This document shows, in pieces, positions 26,654 through 40,204 of a stretch of 64,000 nt of DNA. Under the pieces are notes generated by a model that saw only the letters and a list, made by a program, of their open reading frames with translations, made no database searches and was not told the DNA's origin. Location: contig NW_021832271.1 in NCBI RefSeq assembly GCF_006345805.1, forward strand, positions 8,753 through 72,752, in the 5' to 3' direction. Source of the stretch: Octopus sinensis (lineage: Eukaryota). The translations under genes were made by a program, and so were the position numbers. The stretch's first letter is position 1, and each line of letters opens with the position of its first letter.

Positions 26654-27559
26654 GACACAGTGAAAGATGTACATATCTACATAATCACAGACCACTTTAC
26701 AATGGTTTAATCAAGTGTTGTTATGTTGTAATGGCTATTTATAGAAACGAACCCATTAGAAGAGGGCAACTGTACACAAGCTACGAAGTGAGATATCTAT
26801 GTTCCTTTGATGTCATTCCATCGTCTTCTAAGGGACAGAATGTTTCAAGGATCCATTTTAATCTGTCATTGAATAAAATAAACTGGATAACATCTTGTTT
26901 GTAAATTCTTCAGTCAAAGAATCGAGATACGGACTTGAAATTTATCACTGCTCAAAGGGAATATTCATATAAATAACACCTCATGATAAAGGAGTTTAAT
27001 GTTGTATAAATATATCGAGAAAATAAGATAGAGAATTAGACCTACAGATAGTTCAAAAATCTGCTATAGACGGGAAATCAACCAACTCGAAACATAAGCA
27101 GAATGAAATTCCACAACCTGTTTGACGCCTACGTACCAAAATGTTTGCCAAAGGAATTGACAATAACTAAATCACTGTGATCAAACGAAACGACAAAGTG
27201 GTATAGCAATATAATTTCAGACGCCGAAATCACCACAATAAATTTAATCAAATTCTTTAATGGTCTTTCCAAAATTCCAATTTCTAGAGATATCGTTCGA
27301 AAAGTTAATACTTAAAGAGACTGTTTGGCGCTAATAACAGAAGAACCAATCACGACTTCAAACTGATAAATGATATTGGGAAATGTACGCTAGCTTTATA
27401 TATTTACAACATTGTCAAAATCTACCTTATCGTACGGCAAAGTCTTTTAGATCACGTTTATTTTAAAAACATCCTATGGACGTTTATTTACCGAAAATCT
27501 TTATATCTTTCAGTCATCTTAAGATTTGGTAAAAGCTAGTAAAGACTTTAGTTATCTAA

Positions 27560-28320
27560 GAAGGTGTAATAAGACTATATTATTCCCAGAGTTGTCACCA
27601 TTCTTGCCAAAAATGAGGTTCATTTTCGATGCCTGCGTACAGAGGAATTTTAATTAACTTTCGGTAATATAAATTTTGGAATTGACTCGTCAGCTTTACT
27701 TAATCAATAGGTTAATGTCGGTTTATTTTCCCCCTCATTTATTCCCCAGAAATGTAATCTTAATTAATTAAATTAACAACATTAAGCATGTTATCAATAG
27801 TGAAACTACCTGATAATGACAATATCTTTATTCTACCATTTAGTAAGACGATTGAACAGGATAGTTTTCACGATGACGATCGGATAGTTAAAAAGCTGAG
27901 AGAACTAACTAAATTTCCTAAAATCATAAACTAACAACTGACTGGGAATTGGAGTTTTATAAGAAAACAAGATCGGAACAATGTTGGTATGGATATGACT
28001 GGGATACTTTCGATAAAACAAAATATTTGCTCTAGTAGGTACATGAAGGAGCTGGCTGCATTTACATAGATTGTAAATTCCATAGTCTTTTCAAATGGCT
28101 AATAATGTGTGTGCGCGCCGCTACTACACACATTGGAAAGCATTGTACAACCAAGCACTAAAGATCTTTCCTCCTCCATGAAACAAAGCTGTTACCGCTG
28201 GACGTCAACCCAGTATTGTAAGGTTGCAAATATAGAAATCGAAAATCTTGGCAATATATATAATTCTATAGAAACAGTTGTTTATATTCAGAAGTTGCGA
28301 TTTAACTTTCTCTGAAATGA
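27560..28320 (+). mobile_element. Probable Gypsy LTR-retrotransposon pol fossil (RNase H-integrase zinc-binding region)
   Basis: Translations PELSPFLPKMRFIFDA, LTGNWSFIRKQ and LL**VHEGAGCIYIDCK...W..M...KHC..KH ... LYSEVA resemble PVL..FDP..L..DAS, YW.FR.EL and IHEGHQGI..CK.RAR..V.WP.M. Very degenerate; no LTRs seen. Confidence 0.4.
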
Positions 28321-28902
28321 ACTCGAAAATTATGACGAAAATCAAGAAGCCTAAATTTTGTTTATTTCTTCAGATTTTGAACGTTTGTATTTTAAAAGTT
28401 TGGTACATAAATTAAAACTTAATACATAAATTGACTGAAATAATACATCAAATATCACAATTATTATATATTTTTTTTCTTTATTTTTACATTTGTAATT
28501 TATTGCGTATTTGAGGAACGGACTTTTGAAGATACTGTTTGCTACAAACGTCAATGCTACGAATGTACAGGTGGCCGAACAATTAGCAAGTTCAATTAAT
28601 TAATATGCGCTGAAGAAATATTAGAAATTCTATAAGCAGCTCATTGTGATCTGTATGCTGCATCTGTATAGAACACAATCTCATATTTTAAAGCATCAAT
28701 ATATAATTAACTGAGAATTATCTTATTATATATTCAAATCTCAAATATGCAAATTTTGTACAATAATTTAGTATTTTGTATTTATACAAAAACCCAGGAA
28801 TATAACTCAATAAACTTGATATATATTTTAACATATTGAAATAGTATTGTATCTGTAAATAACAACTAACTGTTTTAGTTATAAAAAAAAAGCCTCATCG
28901 GA

Positions 28903-29202
28903 GATCTTTTCGCTTTGGCCGGCAGATTTTTTAAATAATTTCTTTGTAACTAAGCACTTTTAAACTTCGTATACTGGTAGAATAAGACATATTTTTCTTC
29001 TTGAGAAAATTCTGTAGTTTGTAAGCTATTCGTTGTTTAATTTCATGCATTTCGGCAATTTCAACCAATCAATGACGTCTATTGAGGTGAAGCCAAGAGA
29101 AAAATGTTTTATGTAACACATTCTACCAGTATACGAAGTTTAAAAGTGCTTAGTTACAAAGAAATTATTTTTAAAAATCTGCCGGTCAAAGTGAAAAGAT
29201 CC
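28903..29202. mobile_element. Second copy of the hAT-like MITE, left arm partly deleted
   Basis: Colinear with 22716-23036. The right flank matches copy 1; the left flank lacks the TSD. Confidence 0.85.
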
Positions 29203-30230
29203 GTTACTCCATACTTTTGCAGTGTATACACTTATTCTTTAACAATAACCGTATAGATAGGGGCGTCGAATTCGTTGTTTAATTTCATGCATTTCGGCAA
29301 TTTCAACCAATCAATGACGTCTATTGAGGTGAATGCAATGTCTCCGGTTCTTTTCTCGGTTATTTTCCTGTGTGCTGTACTTCGATTTTAGAGAAAGTCT
29401 GAGCATGCCAGAATAACAGAAGGCAATTTTAGATACAAAATCGATATCTCACGTTGAAACCAATATTTTACATTGAAAAACGGTAATGCACAAACGCACA
29501 CACACACACGCACACACACACACACTCACATACACACACGTACTCTCTACGTGTGTGTTTATATTATAGCCAAACACATAAAGTCCACTGGCCTAGATTG
29601 TGGGTTGTCAAGTTCACGAGTATTAATCGTTAGGTTCGATTCTCGAGTTGGGGGACGAGGGCTCATTCTGCCCTTGGGCATGGTACTTCATTTCTTCTTA
29701 AACCAGCTGGTAACTTCATATGAAAGTACGAGAGGTATCTGGTCCTTAAACCTGTGACGGACAGACACCCCTTTCAGTTTTGATCCTTTTATTTACCTCT
29801 CAATCTCATACTTCTTTAAACCCGGATGAGATCCTTTGAGAAAAACTTATACGTCCCAGATAGGCTAGAGAAAAATACTGAAGCGCATGCGCACACATTC
29901 TCACGCACATACATGCACACATAGCTATAGAGTTATGCATAAGAAGACATTCTCATATACATATAAACACATATGCACATATAAACATACACAGATATGT
30001 GTGTCGCAAAGCACTTTGCAGTACCATTCGCTTCCCTCGCAGCTCTGAACTTTGGAGTTCCCTTCCACAGTCTTCTTTTCTTCTTCAATATGTCCTCCAG
30101 TCTTTTAAGTCTAATGTACATCGTCAACTATTGACTTCTGTCTAGCGTCCATTTTATACTAGTAGCTCTTGATGTTTTCAGTGATCTAAGGACCTTGTAA
30201 AGAGCGAATGCTTAAAAAAATGCATACATA

Positions 30231-30635
30231 GGCGTAGGAGTGGTTCTGTGGTAAGTAGCCTGCTTACTAACCACATGGTTCCGGGTTCAGTCTCACTGCG
30301 TGGCACCTTGGGCAAGTGTCATCTACTATAGCCTTGGGCCGACCAAAACCTTGTGAGTGGATTTAGTAGACGGAAACTGAAAGAAGCCCGTCGTATATAT
30401 ATATATGTATATGTATGTGTTTGTGTATATGTTTGTTTGTCTGTTCTGCCTCCCCCCAAACATCGCTTCACAACCGATGCTGGTGAGTGTACGTCCCCGT
30501 AACTTAGCAGTTCGGCAAAAGAGACCGATAGAATAAGTACTAGGCTTACAAAGAATAAGTCCTGGAATTGATTTGCTCAACTAAAGGCGGTGCTCCAGCA
30601 TGGCCACAGTCATATGACTGAAACAAGTAAAAGAG
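30231..30635 (+). mobile_element. SINE family A, full length
   Basis: Complete head-to-tail match to other copies. Confidence 0.92.
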
Positions 30636-31495
30636 AACCCGCTTAAATACGTACCTAAAACGCACCTACATGCTCATAGAAGCGACAGTTCCCGCGCCTC
30701 TTCGGTCTTCGATATTTCCCTCCTAAAGTATTGGTCAAGGGAAAGATACTATAAGTATATATTACCGAAAGTATGATGCATAGGGCCGAATCAACAATTC
30801 TGATGTTTGGGAAGATGTTTTGCCACCGCTTAGCTATTAACGACAACATATATGATTTAAAATATATTTCTTCATATCGAAACTTTTGGCCAGTGAAAAA
30901 ATTTTGAAGACATTTTCCCCTTTTCATTTCTGGTTATCCTCCGACCTCGCTATATATTTTCTACAAAACCCCTAATTAAATAAACAAAATTTTCGAACGA
31001 TTAGATTTCCTTTTCTAGATTTTTAAATTTTTATCTCTTATATTCCTCATTTTGGATTTTCCTTTTGTTTTCCAAATGTCGTTATTTAATTTAATTTCAT
31101 TCAAAATTTAATTGCAATGTGAAAACGTAACGATGACAATATTCTTTCGCTGGGATAAATTACAGTCATTTAAGATACATCAAATAAATGGCTTAGGATT
31201 AGATTAAAACTATAAATTCTTCGTAAATGACATTTTTCTAATAATTCCCCGAAGAGGTTATATGTTAATCAGGTTTTCGCATCATTCTCACGATGTTTCC
31301 CCCCCATCCCCCATCACCTTGATTCATTATACAAAGAACATAGCTTTAAACCACAGCAATCTTTCCCATACCTCAATGAAACTCTAAATTCTAGCAACAT
31401 ATTGATTTAATAGACAGATGGCCTATACATATTTGTATTACTATTATTATTATTAATAAATTATATTTTTTATTTATTCATTTGCATTTGTGCGT

Positions 31496-31590
31496 TCTTC
31501 TTCTTCTTCTTCTTCTTCTTCTTCTTCTTCTTCTTCTTCTTCTTCTTCTTCTTCTTCTTCTCTTCTTCTTCTTCTTCTTCTTCTTTTTCT
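31496..31590. repeat. (TTC)n microsatellite
   Basis: Directly visible. Confidence 0.97.
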
Positions 31591-31865
31591 TCAGTTTCTA
31601 AGATACACAAATGGAGACTGAAGTGAATTGGATTATAGAGAAAAGTTTTCCATTTTCATAAAATAGCATTTCAGCTCAACATTTTTTCCTGTTATTCGGA
31701 GACTGCGCCACTCTGTATACCTGTCTGCTCCTCTCTTGCACATACCTATGTCTGTGTGTGTATGTGTGATTGGATGTGTGTGTGAGTGTGTATGTACATA
31801 CATATATGTATATATTTGTACTCGTGTATATACATATATATGTATAATATATATATATTTTTTTT

Positions 31866-32249
31866 TGGAAGCACTCCGTCGGTTACGATGATGAGGGTTC
31901 CGGTGGATCCGAATCAACGGAACAGCCTGCTCGTGAAATTAACGTGTAAGTGGCTGAGCACTCCACAGACACGTGCATCCTTAACGTAGTTCTCGGGGAT
32001 ATTCAGCGTGACACAGAGAGTGACAAGGCCGGCCCTTTGAAATACAGGTACAACAGAAACAGAAAGTAAGAGTGAGAGAAAGTTGTGGTGAAAGAGTACA
32101 GCAGGGATCACCACCATCCCCTGCCGGAGCTTCGTAGAGCTTTTTGGTGTTTTCGCTCAATAAACACTCACAACGCCCGGTCTGGGAATCGAAACCGCGA
32201 TCCTATGACCGCGAGTCCGCTGCCCTAGCCACTGGGCCATTGCGCCCCC
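31866..32249 (-). mobile_element. SINE family C, full length
   Basis: Highly similar to 23271-23658. Confidence 0.92.
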
Positions 32250-32726
32250 ACGTATAATATATATAGACATTAGAAAAACAGATTCTCAAAAAAGGTTAGT
32301 AACATTGTGGTAAAAGATTTGGTAACATTTAAAAAAATATATATTTAAAAAATTTACCTTCACGCTTCAAAACTCTATTAAGTAATTCTCATGAGGTATA
32401 TAGTAGCTATATTACCATCTCATGGCCACCATTGTTATTCTATTCTGCCACTCCAAATTATACTTGGGGTATTTTATCTCTCTAAGTTCATTATGCTACA
32501 ATAATAGCAGCATGTAATTCGTTCATTTTCTAGTTCTAATGAAATATTTGCTAAAAAGCATAGTGGAATATCCTGTATGTTGGAAACATACTTTGTGCAG
32601 CCGAAGATGGCGGTGTATTTCAAATTGATGTAATGCTTGCACATTTCGATTAAATACGGCCGCCCGAAACGTCCGTAATGCAGTAATACTTTGACATCCT
32701 TGTTACGTACCTGATATATATGTATG

Positions 32727-32802
<76 letters not shown>

Positions 32803-32805
32803 ATA

Positions 32806-33391
32806 TTCAATAAAGGGTGGAATATAATTAATTTAATAAAATTAATCAATTTCACCTAGTAGATTTGTCGGTATGGAAAAGACCATATTTGGTAAGGATT
32901 ATAATAATTATAATAAAGGGTTAAAAGCAACAAGTTGCTCAAAACCACATACCGAAAATATTAGAAATAGCAGCCAAAATTGGTCAGTATTTCCTCTACT
33001 AGTAAAAAGTCTCCACAAACAAACAGAATTTGTAAGCTGTATATGGCAAAAAAAGGCAGAAAATAATGAAAACCCAGCCTCTGGATTAATTATAGACGAC
33101 TCGTTTTTGGATTAGAACCGAAGGTTCATTTCCTTGTCAATATAATATTTCCTATAGATCTAGAAATGCTAGGGGAAAAAACTTACCCGTTACACCAGTA
33201 CGATCTGCAACATCGGACGGCTTAACGGAACTGCTAGCATTCGTACATCTATGCCGACATGCGAATTCATATTTCCCTCCAAAAACTACCACGTGAGCTA
33301 CAAAAACATTACCAACGAAACGAAAAATTCGGAGATAACTTGTAAGGGAGCAAAAGTATTCAATATTCAATAAAGGGTGGAATATAATTAA
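32806..33391 (-). mobile_element. Penelope-like pseudo-LTR remnant with terminal direct repeats and a decayed hammerhead
   Basis: TTCAATAAAGGGTGGAATATAATTAA at 32806 and 33366; (TA)n on both sides; hammerhead fold at 33087-33146; homologous to 49263-49453. Penelope assignment is inference. Confidence 0.55.
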
Positions 33392-33442
33392 ATATATATA
33401 TATATATATACATATATATGTATATATATGTATGTATATATA

Positions 33443-33487
<45 letters not shown>

Positions 33488-33498
33488 GTATATATATG

Positions 33499-33537
<39 letters not shown>

Positions 33538-33605
33538 ATATATATATATGTATGTGTATATATATATGTATGTATGTATATATATATATTATATATATAT
33601 ATATG

Positions 33606-33648
<43 letters not shown>

Positions 33649-33660
33649 GATATATATGCT
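33390..33660. repeat. (TA)n/(TATG)n microsatellite
   Basis: Directly visible. Confidence 0.96.
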
Positions 33661-34157
33661 GACATGACCGCTGACCTTAAGACTTACATAGGCGTATGTC
33701 TAATGCTGATCTGTAGATGTTTATATACATGATTAGTAAATTTACATGACTTCGCTGCATAAGTAGAACTGTTCTCCATGTAATTAAAAGTGAATAATTA
33801 GAATGATATTTCTTAACCGGTTAATCTTTTAATGTATTTTTTTTAATGTCCCCCAATAAATAGACACGGTGGCGTCTTCTATTTAGAAATTATGCTTCCA
33901 TTAATTACACATCACACAATATTTTATTATTTTACTTAATTGTACACCTATAAGGATATTGGGATTATATTTTCGTTTATTGTTTATAGTTTTTTTTTTT
34001 CGTCTTTTTTTGTCTTTTCGTTTCAATTATTCTTGAGTGTTTTTGAATTTTCTTTGAGATTTCATCATTATAATCGGTCAAGATAATTATTCCTCGACAT
34101 GATAGATGAGAGACAGAGAGAGAAAAAAAACAGAATGAAGCCAGTAAATAACTAAAT

Positions 34158-34585
<428 letters not shown>

Positions 34586-35513
34586 GTAACATGAAATATA
34601 TTTAAAAAAAAAGCATCTGTTGTAAAGTAAAAAAAATACAACTTCATTCCTTTCTTGTTTTATATAATTGATAATTACAGGAAAATACTTTTACTGACAG
34701 CTAGAAGAAATGTCAAAATAAAGAGGTAAACAAATTAATCGCACTTAATAAGGACGTCACTGGAATCGCCTACAGACAAATTGAGTTTTACAATTCAAGT
34801 CTTTCTTTATTTTTTTTCCTTCCCTATCATTTAATAACTTAACGAGAAATAAGTTTCCTTTTCGAATTTTCTTTTAATAAAGAACAAATATATTTCAAAA
34901 GAATTTCTTACATTCATTAGTGTTATTATTGAACATTGTCAAAATTGTAAATATTCGTTATCTATGCAATTCTAAATAAATCATGTATTATTTATACAGG
35001 ACTAGGAAAAAAAATGCTAAAAAGAAAATGAGTTCCGACAGTTGAGTGTTCATTCCGCATTTAATTTCTGAATTCTATGCGATCTTTGTCGAATTGACAC
35101 GACGTACCACTAATTTCTTCTTTCGTTTTTGTTCGGCACATCACTAATTTAATGCAGCAGTAACTTATTTATGTATTTATTTAGTTATTTATTTATTCTG
35201 TCTCAGCGCTGAGAGATGTTCAATGCACGGTCCGTTCAGTTTTGCGTTAATGAATCGTGATTCGAGCGATGTATATTTCCGTTTAGCATTAGAGACTGAT
35301 TACATTTCACTGGGTTCCGAAGGTTCTGTTTCCGCGTGGCGTGGAAGTCGACGGTTTGTAGTGGAGAAGAGATTTAGAATTCGCATTACTTAAATAGCTA
35401 TGTGGACCGGGGCAAGTTCCAATCTTTTATATGTTACATTCCATAACATCGTGGATTTTCTTAAGATATTGTGAAATGTCATAATGGGGATCCTTAAAAT
35501 TTTTTGCAACAAA

Positions 35514-35678
35514 GGCGCAGTAGTGGCTGTGTGGTAAGTAGCTTGTCTACCAACCACATGGTTCCGGGTTCAGTCCCACTGCGTGGCATCTTGGGCAAGT
35601 GTCTTCTACTATAGCCTCGGGCCGACCAATGCCTTGTGAGTGGATTTGGTAGACGGAAACTGAAAGAAGCCCGTCGCA

Positions 35679-35709
<31 letters not shown>

Positions 35710-35950
35710 TCGTGTGTGTGTTTGTGTGTCTGTGTTTGTCCCCTAGCATTGCTTGACAACCGATGCTGGTGTGTTTATGTCCCCGTTACTTAGCGGTTCG
35801 GCAAAAGAGCCCGATAGAATAAGTACTGGGCTTACAAAAAAATAGGTCCCGGGGTCGAGTTGCTCGATTAAAGGCGGTGCCCCAGCATGGCCGCAGTCAA
35901 ATGACCGAAACAAGGAAAAGAGTAAAAGAGTAAAAGAGTAAAGAGTAAAG
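35514..35950 (+). mobile_element. SINE family A, full length, young
   Basis: Complete, with a (GTAAAAGA)n tail; near-identical to 47379-47792. Confidence 0.93.
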
Positions 35951-37503
35951 GGAGAGAAATATTTTTTCTTTTTACTCTAGTAGAATTTAGTTTTACATTT
36001 TAGGTTGGCCAAAATTCTTGCTCATATTTGCGTATTGCGTTTTCAATCTTATATACTAATATATAACTACAAAACGTGCGCCTATTTATAAACACCAATA
36101 GTGAAATTATATTCAGTTCAACACTGGTTTAGTTGATTCATATGCTTCATTCTGGCATTACAAATCAAACCAGCTTTAAAAGTATGTTTCCTAAAAACAA
36201 ATGACAACCTTCTCTTTCTTCGTGATCCTGGACACTGGGTTTATCTTTAACATGAGCAGAGCGAAATCCTTGCAAAGGCAGATTATTTCCATCCATTGGA
36301 TGATGTGTAGAAAAGTTTAAATGATGCTAACAAAAGTAACGGATTAGAGATATTGAGTAGATGTGCTTCCATTCCTTAATAATTAAGACGAAATAAAGGA
36401 CATTTTTGGCAAATTATAAATTCTTCCCTGCACATCATTGAAATTTCCTTGCTTCTATACATATGTGGAACTACTGCGATGTAAAATCTACAGATTATCG
36501 ATTTTATTATCAATATCTGACCGACAATCTTGAAAATTGCCCTCTAGTAAGAGGTTGGTCCTTCAGCGCATCTCTTTCAAAATAGGGTAACCGTTTCTCA
36601 ATGCTGATCCAAAATCTAAAGCAACGCTTTTCAAATTCATGAATACCGGACACTTTCCAAACAAAATACAAAGTAAATTTTCCAGACAACTTGTTATTAA
36701 GGAGAAGTCAAAACAGAATTCTGCATTTGCATCTTTCTTTTTCCTTCGTGGTTTTGAAGAAGTTATACAGTTTAAAACTAACTTTTGTTAAACGTAGCTG
36801 TATTTCCTATAGCATTTCAGTGTTCACAAACTCACAAACGCCAGTCGCGTGGTCGGGACCAAAGCTGGGAATTGATCTGGCAATATTGAAATAGTTCACG
36901 AAAAGCATGTCTTGTTCCAATCCAGTCGAAACTCTCATTCTTGAAATATTTTCTGGATGTATCAATCCCCAGTGAAGTCAATGCTTAACATTTGAAAGAC
37001 CTCCACGGTGTTATGACATGAAGCATATGAAAGGCTGGAATTTTAACTGGTCGACATAAATCAATAAACATTGCTCTAAAGGGAGAGGCAGTTCAGATTT
37101 TCGTCAACAAAAACTATCATCTTTGTCATAGAGAAATAGCAATTATAGCAGTGATTCCTTTTTGCCGTTTACCAAATTATAGCTTCTGTCTTTCCTATTT
37201 CTCTTAAGCCAAATTTCAAACTGCTACCATTATATTACACAGTCCACAATAGATATGCGGTAAGCAGCTTTTCCTTGGCCCAAGTTAACAGCCAAAATAA
37301 TGTTGGTAGACATATATCATATCCATTGCCTTGCTTAGGTTTCTCTTCGGACGTTATATGATGTAAAAGCAGGGCCAGTTTTAAAGCAATTACATAGATT
37401 TCTTCAAATTGGGCCCCGCGCCAAGAGAGGGCCTCGTGCAAAACGCTCGAGCGTGTTATGCTAACCTCGTAAGTTTCTGATCCACAAAAAAATTTTTTCC
37501 CCC

Positions 37504-38175
37504 AAATCCTCATCTTCCAGTAGACCATTCTCTCAACAGAAACAAGTGCGTAACTTGCCGAAATATCAAAAGCGTCGATGGACGAAATCACTTAAACTCC
37601 ATATAAAAATACTGCCTAAATTCTAAGATCCAACTCGTAAATTTAATATAACTTGCATACCTGTAACTTTGCGAAAATATATTGATAATTACTTTTTGCT
37701 CTGGGGGTATATAACTATACAATATTTATATTTATTTCAAATTTGAACACCTTACTTGCTGTAATTATAGCATTTTACATCTGGATTCAACTTCCCTGAA
37801 AAAAAAAATCCCTATTGTAAAATTCCTCATCTTCCAGTAGACCATTCTCTTAACAGAAACAAGTGCGTAACTTCTCGAAATATCAAAACCGTCGATGGAC
37901 GAAATCACTCAAACTCCATAGAAAAATACTGCCTAAATTCTAAGATCCAACTTGTAACTTTAATATAACTTGCATACCTATAACTTTGCGAAAATATATT
38001 GATAATTATATTTTGCTCAGGGGGAATATAACTATAAAATATTTATATTTATTTCAAATTTGAATACCTTACTTGCTGTAATAATTATAGCATTTTACAT
38101 CTGGATTCAACTTCCCTGAAAAAAAAAAAAAACTCTGAAAACAAAAAAAAAAAATTCACTATTGTAAAATTCCTC
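37504..38175. repeat. Tandem duplication, period about 317 bp
   Basis: CCTCATCTTCCAGTAGACCATTCTC...GGATTCAACTTCCCTGAAAAA repeated from 37504 and 37821 with scattered substitutions. Confidence 0.93.
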
Positions 38176-38589
38176 TCAAATTTAATGCGAAAGAAATTTG
38201 AGTAATGATTCAAAAGATAGCACCACAGAAGTACTAAAGTAACAATTGTTTAAACTTGAATGCCTAGTTGTAACTATTTGCTTCTAATTAAATTCATGAC
38301 AAACTGCCGTATCTCATTAATGACTGTTTTCAATGGCAACAAAATAGTCTCACAAGAAAATTAACTGACATTTTTTAATTATATGTCTTCGATTTATTAT
38401 ATTATTTTATATTGCATAGTTTTATTATTTTATGCCATTGATACCCCTTATTTATTTGCGTTTTGTTGCTGTTTCGTTTCCTTTTCTTAGCCTATTATGT
38501 GGTGGCTGCGACTGGCATTATTTGATTATGACATATGATTTGAGAATGCTCTCACTCCGTTGAGTTATTGCTTTAGGAATGAAGAAGGA

Positions 38590-39221
38590 ACGAGGAATAG
38601 AGAGCCAGACAGATAGAGAGATACATAGAGGGAGAAACTGATTGGAGAGAAAAAGTTAGAGTGAAGAAGATAGGCAGGCAGGTAAATAGATAGATAGATA
38701 GATTCATAGAGAAATGGGTAAATGAATCGATAGACAGATAGATAGATAGATAGATAGAAAGGTGGAAAGATAGGGGAGAAGAAGAGAGAGAGAAAGTGTA
38801 AATGGAATACTAAGAGGTGGAGAAAGAGTCAAATAGATGAAGTGAGAATAGAAAAATGAGGAAAGATGGATCAGAGCGATAAAACAAGGGAGAAAACGGG
38901 AGAGAATGGGAGAGAATGGGAGAGAAAAACGAGAGGCAGAATAGAATAGAGCACAAAAATGGAAGGAAAATATTAGAGAAAGAGAAGAAGAAGAAGAAGA
39001 AGAAGAAGAGAAGAAGAAGAAGAAGAAGAAGAGAGAGAGAAAGAGAGAAAGACAGAGAGTGAGAGGGGCAGTGAGAGCGAAAGAGAGCGAAAGAGAGAAA
39101 GCGAAGGAGAGAGAGTATGCAGTGACCACAATGTACAACAGGTGGCGGGACTATATGTGATACACACACACACACACATACACACACATACATACATACT
39201 CACACACACAACAGACACACA

Positions 39222-39267
<46 letters not shown>

Positions 39268-39460
39268 CAGAGACAGAGGGAGTGACAGAGGGAGTGACAG
39301 AGAAAATCGAAAAGTTTTGGATAAACAGAGAATATTAGAAGAAGGGTAAAACAGAAAAGGCGAGAGAAACGTACAAAGAGAGGGAAAGAGAAAGAGAAAG
39401 AGAGAGAGAGAATGAGAGAGAGAGAGAGAGAGCGAGAGAGACAGAAAGATGGACAGGAAG
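38590..39460. repeat. Purine-rich (GA)n/(GAA)n/(GATA)n low-complexity region with (CA)n
   Basis: Directly visible. Confidence 0.9.
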
Positions 39461-39576
39461 ACAGAGTGTACGACTTTAATTAAATATTTCATTGCACGCT
39501 ATTCGCACGATTCGCAGTCAGTTAGACATTCAAAGAAGAGAGGCAGAGACCTGTTTTCAGCACGGCTAGTAGTAGA

Positions 39577-39637
39577 GGCAGCAGCAGCAGCAGCAGCAGC
39601 AGTAGTATTAGCAGTAGTAGTAGTAGTAGTAGTAGTC

Positions 39638-39668
<31 letters not shown>

Positions 39669-39670
39669 TA
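39577..39670. repeat. (GCA)n-(GTA)n compound microsatellite
   Basis: Directly visible. Confidence 0.96.
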
Positions 39671-40204
39671 TGGAAACTAAAAGTCAAATGTGTTCACCAC
39701 ATTCTATTTATTTGAAATTAAAAGCTAAAAGAGAGGAAATTACAGATCTGAAACTATAAATTATGAGACGATGAAAATGTTGATAATGATATATAGAGAA
39801 AATATATTTGTGTCTTTTGTCTTTTTGTTGTTTTTTTTTGGGTATGTGTTTTTCTTTGGTTAATGTTTATTGCATTTAATTTCAACGTTTGTACGGCGCT
39901 CTGCTATTTTGTTTTGTTGTATGACTTAGGTCAAATCGATTGCTCGCATTGTGTTGGATTATAGAAGATCTGACCTGAACGTTTTATCATATTTTACTTT
40001 TATTTAAACCGTCATCGGTTGACAACGACAGCAAGAACAACAACAATAACAACGACAAGAACAACGAAAACTAAGAATAAAACGGAATTCATTGATCTTG
40101 ACATGGAATATAAATAGAACATATTGAACTTTAAATCTCTCGAAAGGAAAATTATCACTTTACCGCACTAAATACCATTCGCAAAGCACGAAATGTATGC
40201 TTTT

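Noticed and set aside
30650-30930. Possible mariner C-terminal remnant (FFTGQKF..KRWQ)
   Set aside because: Too short and rearranged; no TIR.
36100-37350. Possible L1/Tx1 ORF2 fossil on the minus strand
   Set aside because: Coding-like composition but no diagnostic motif recovered.
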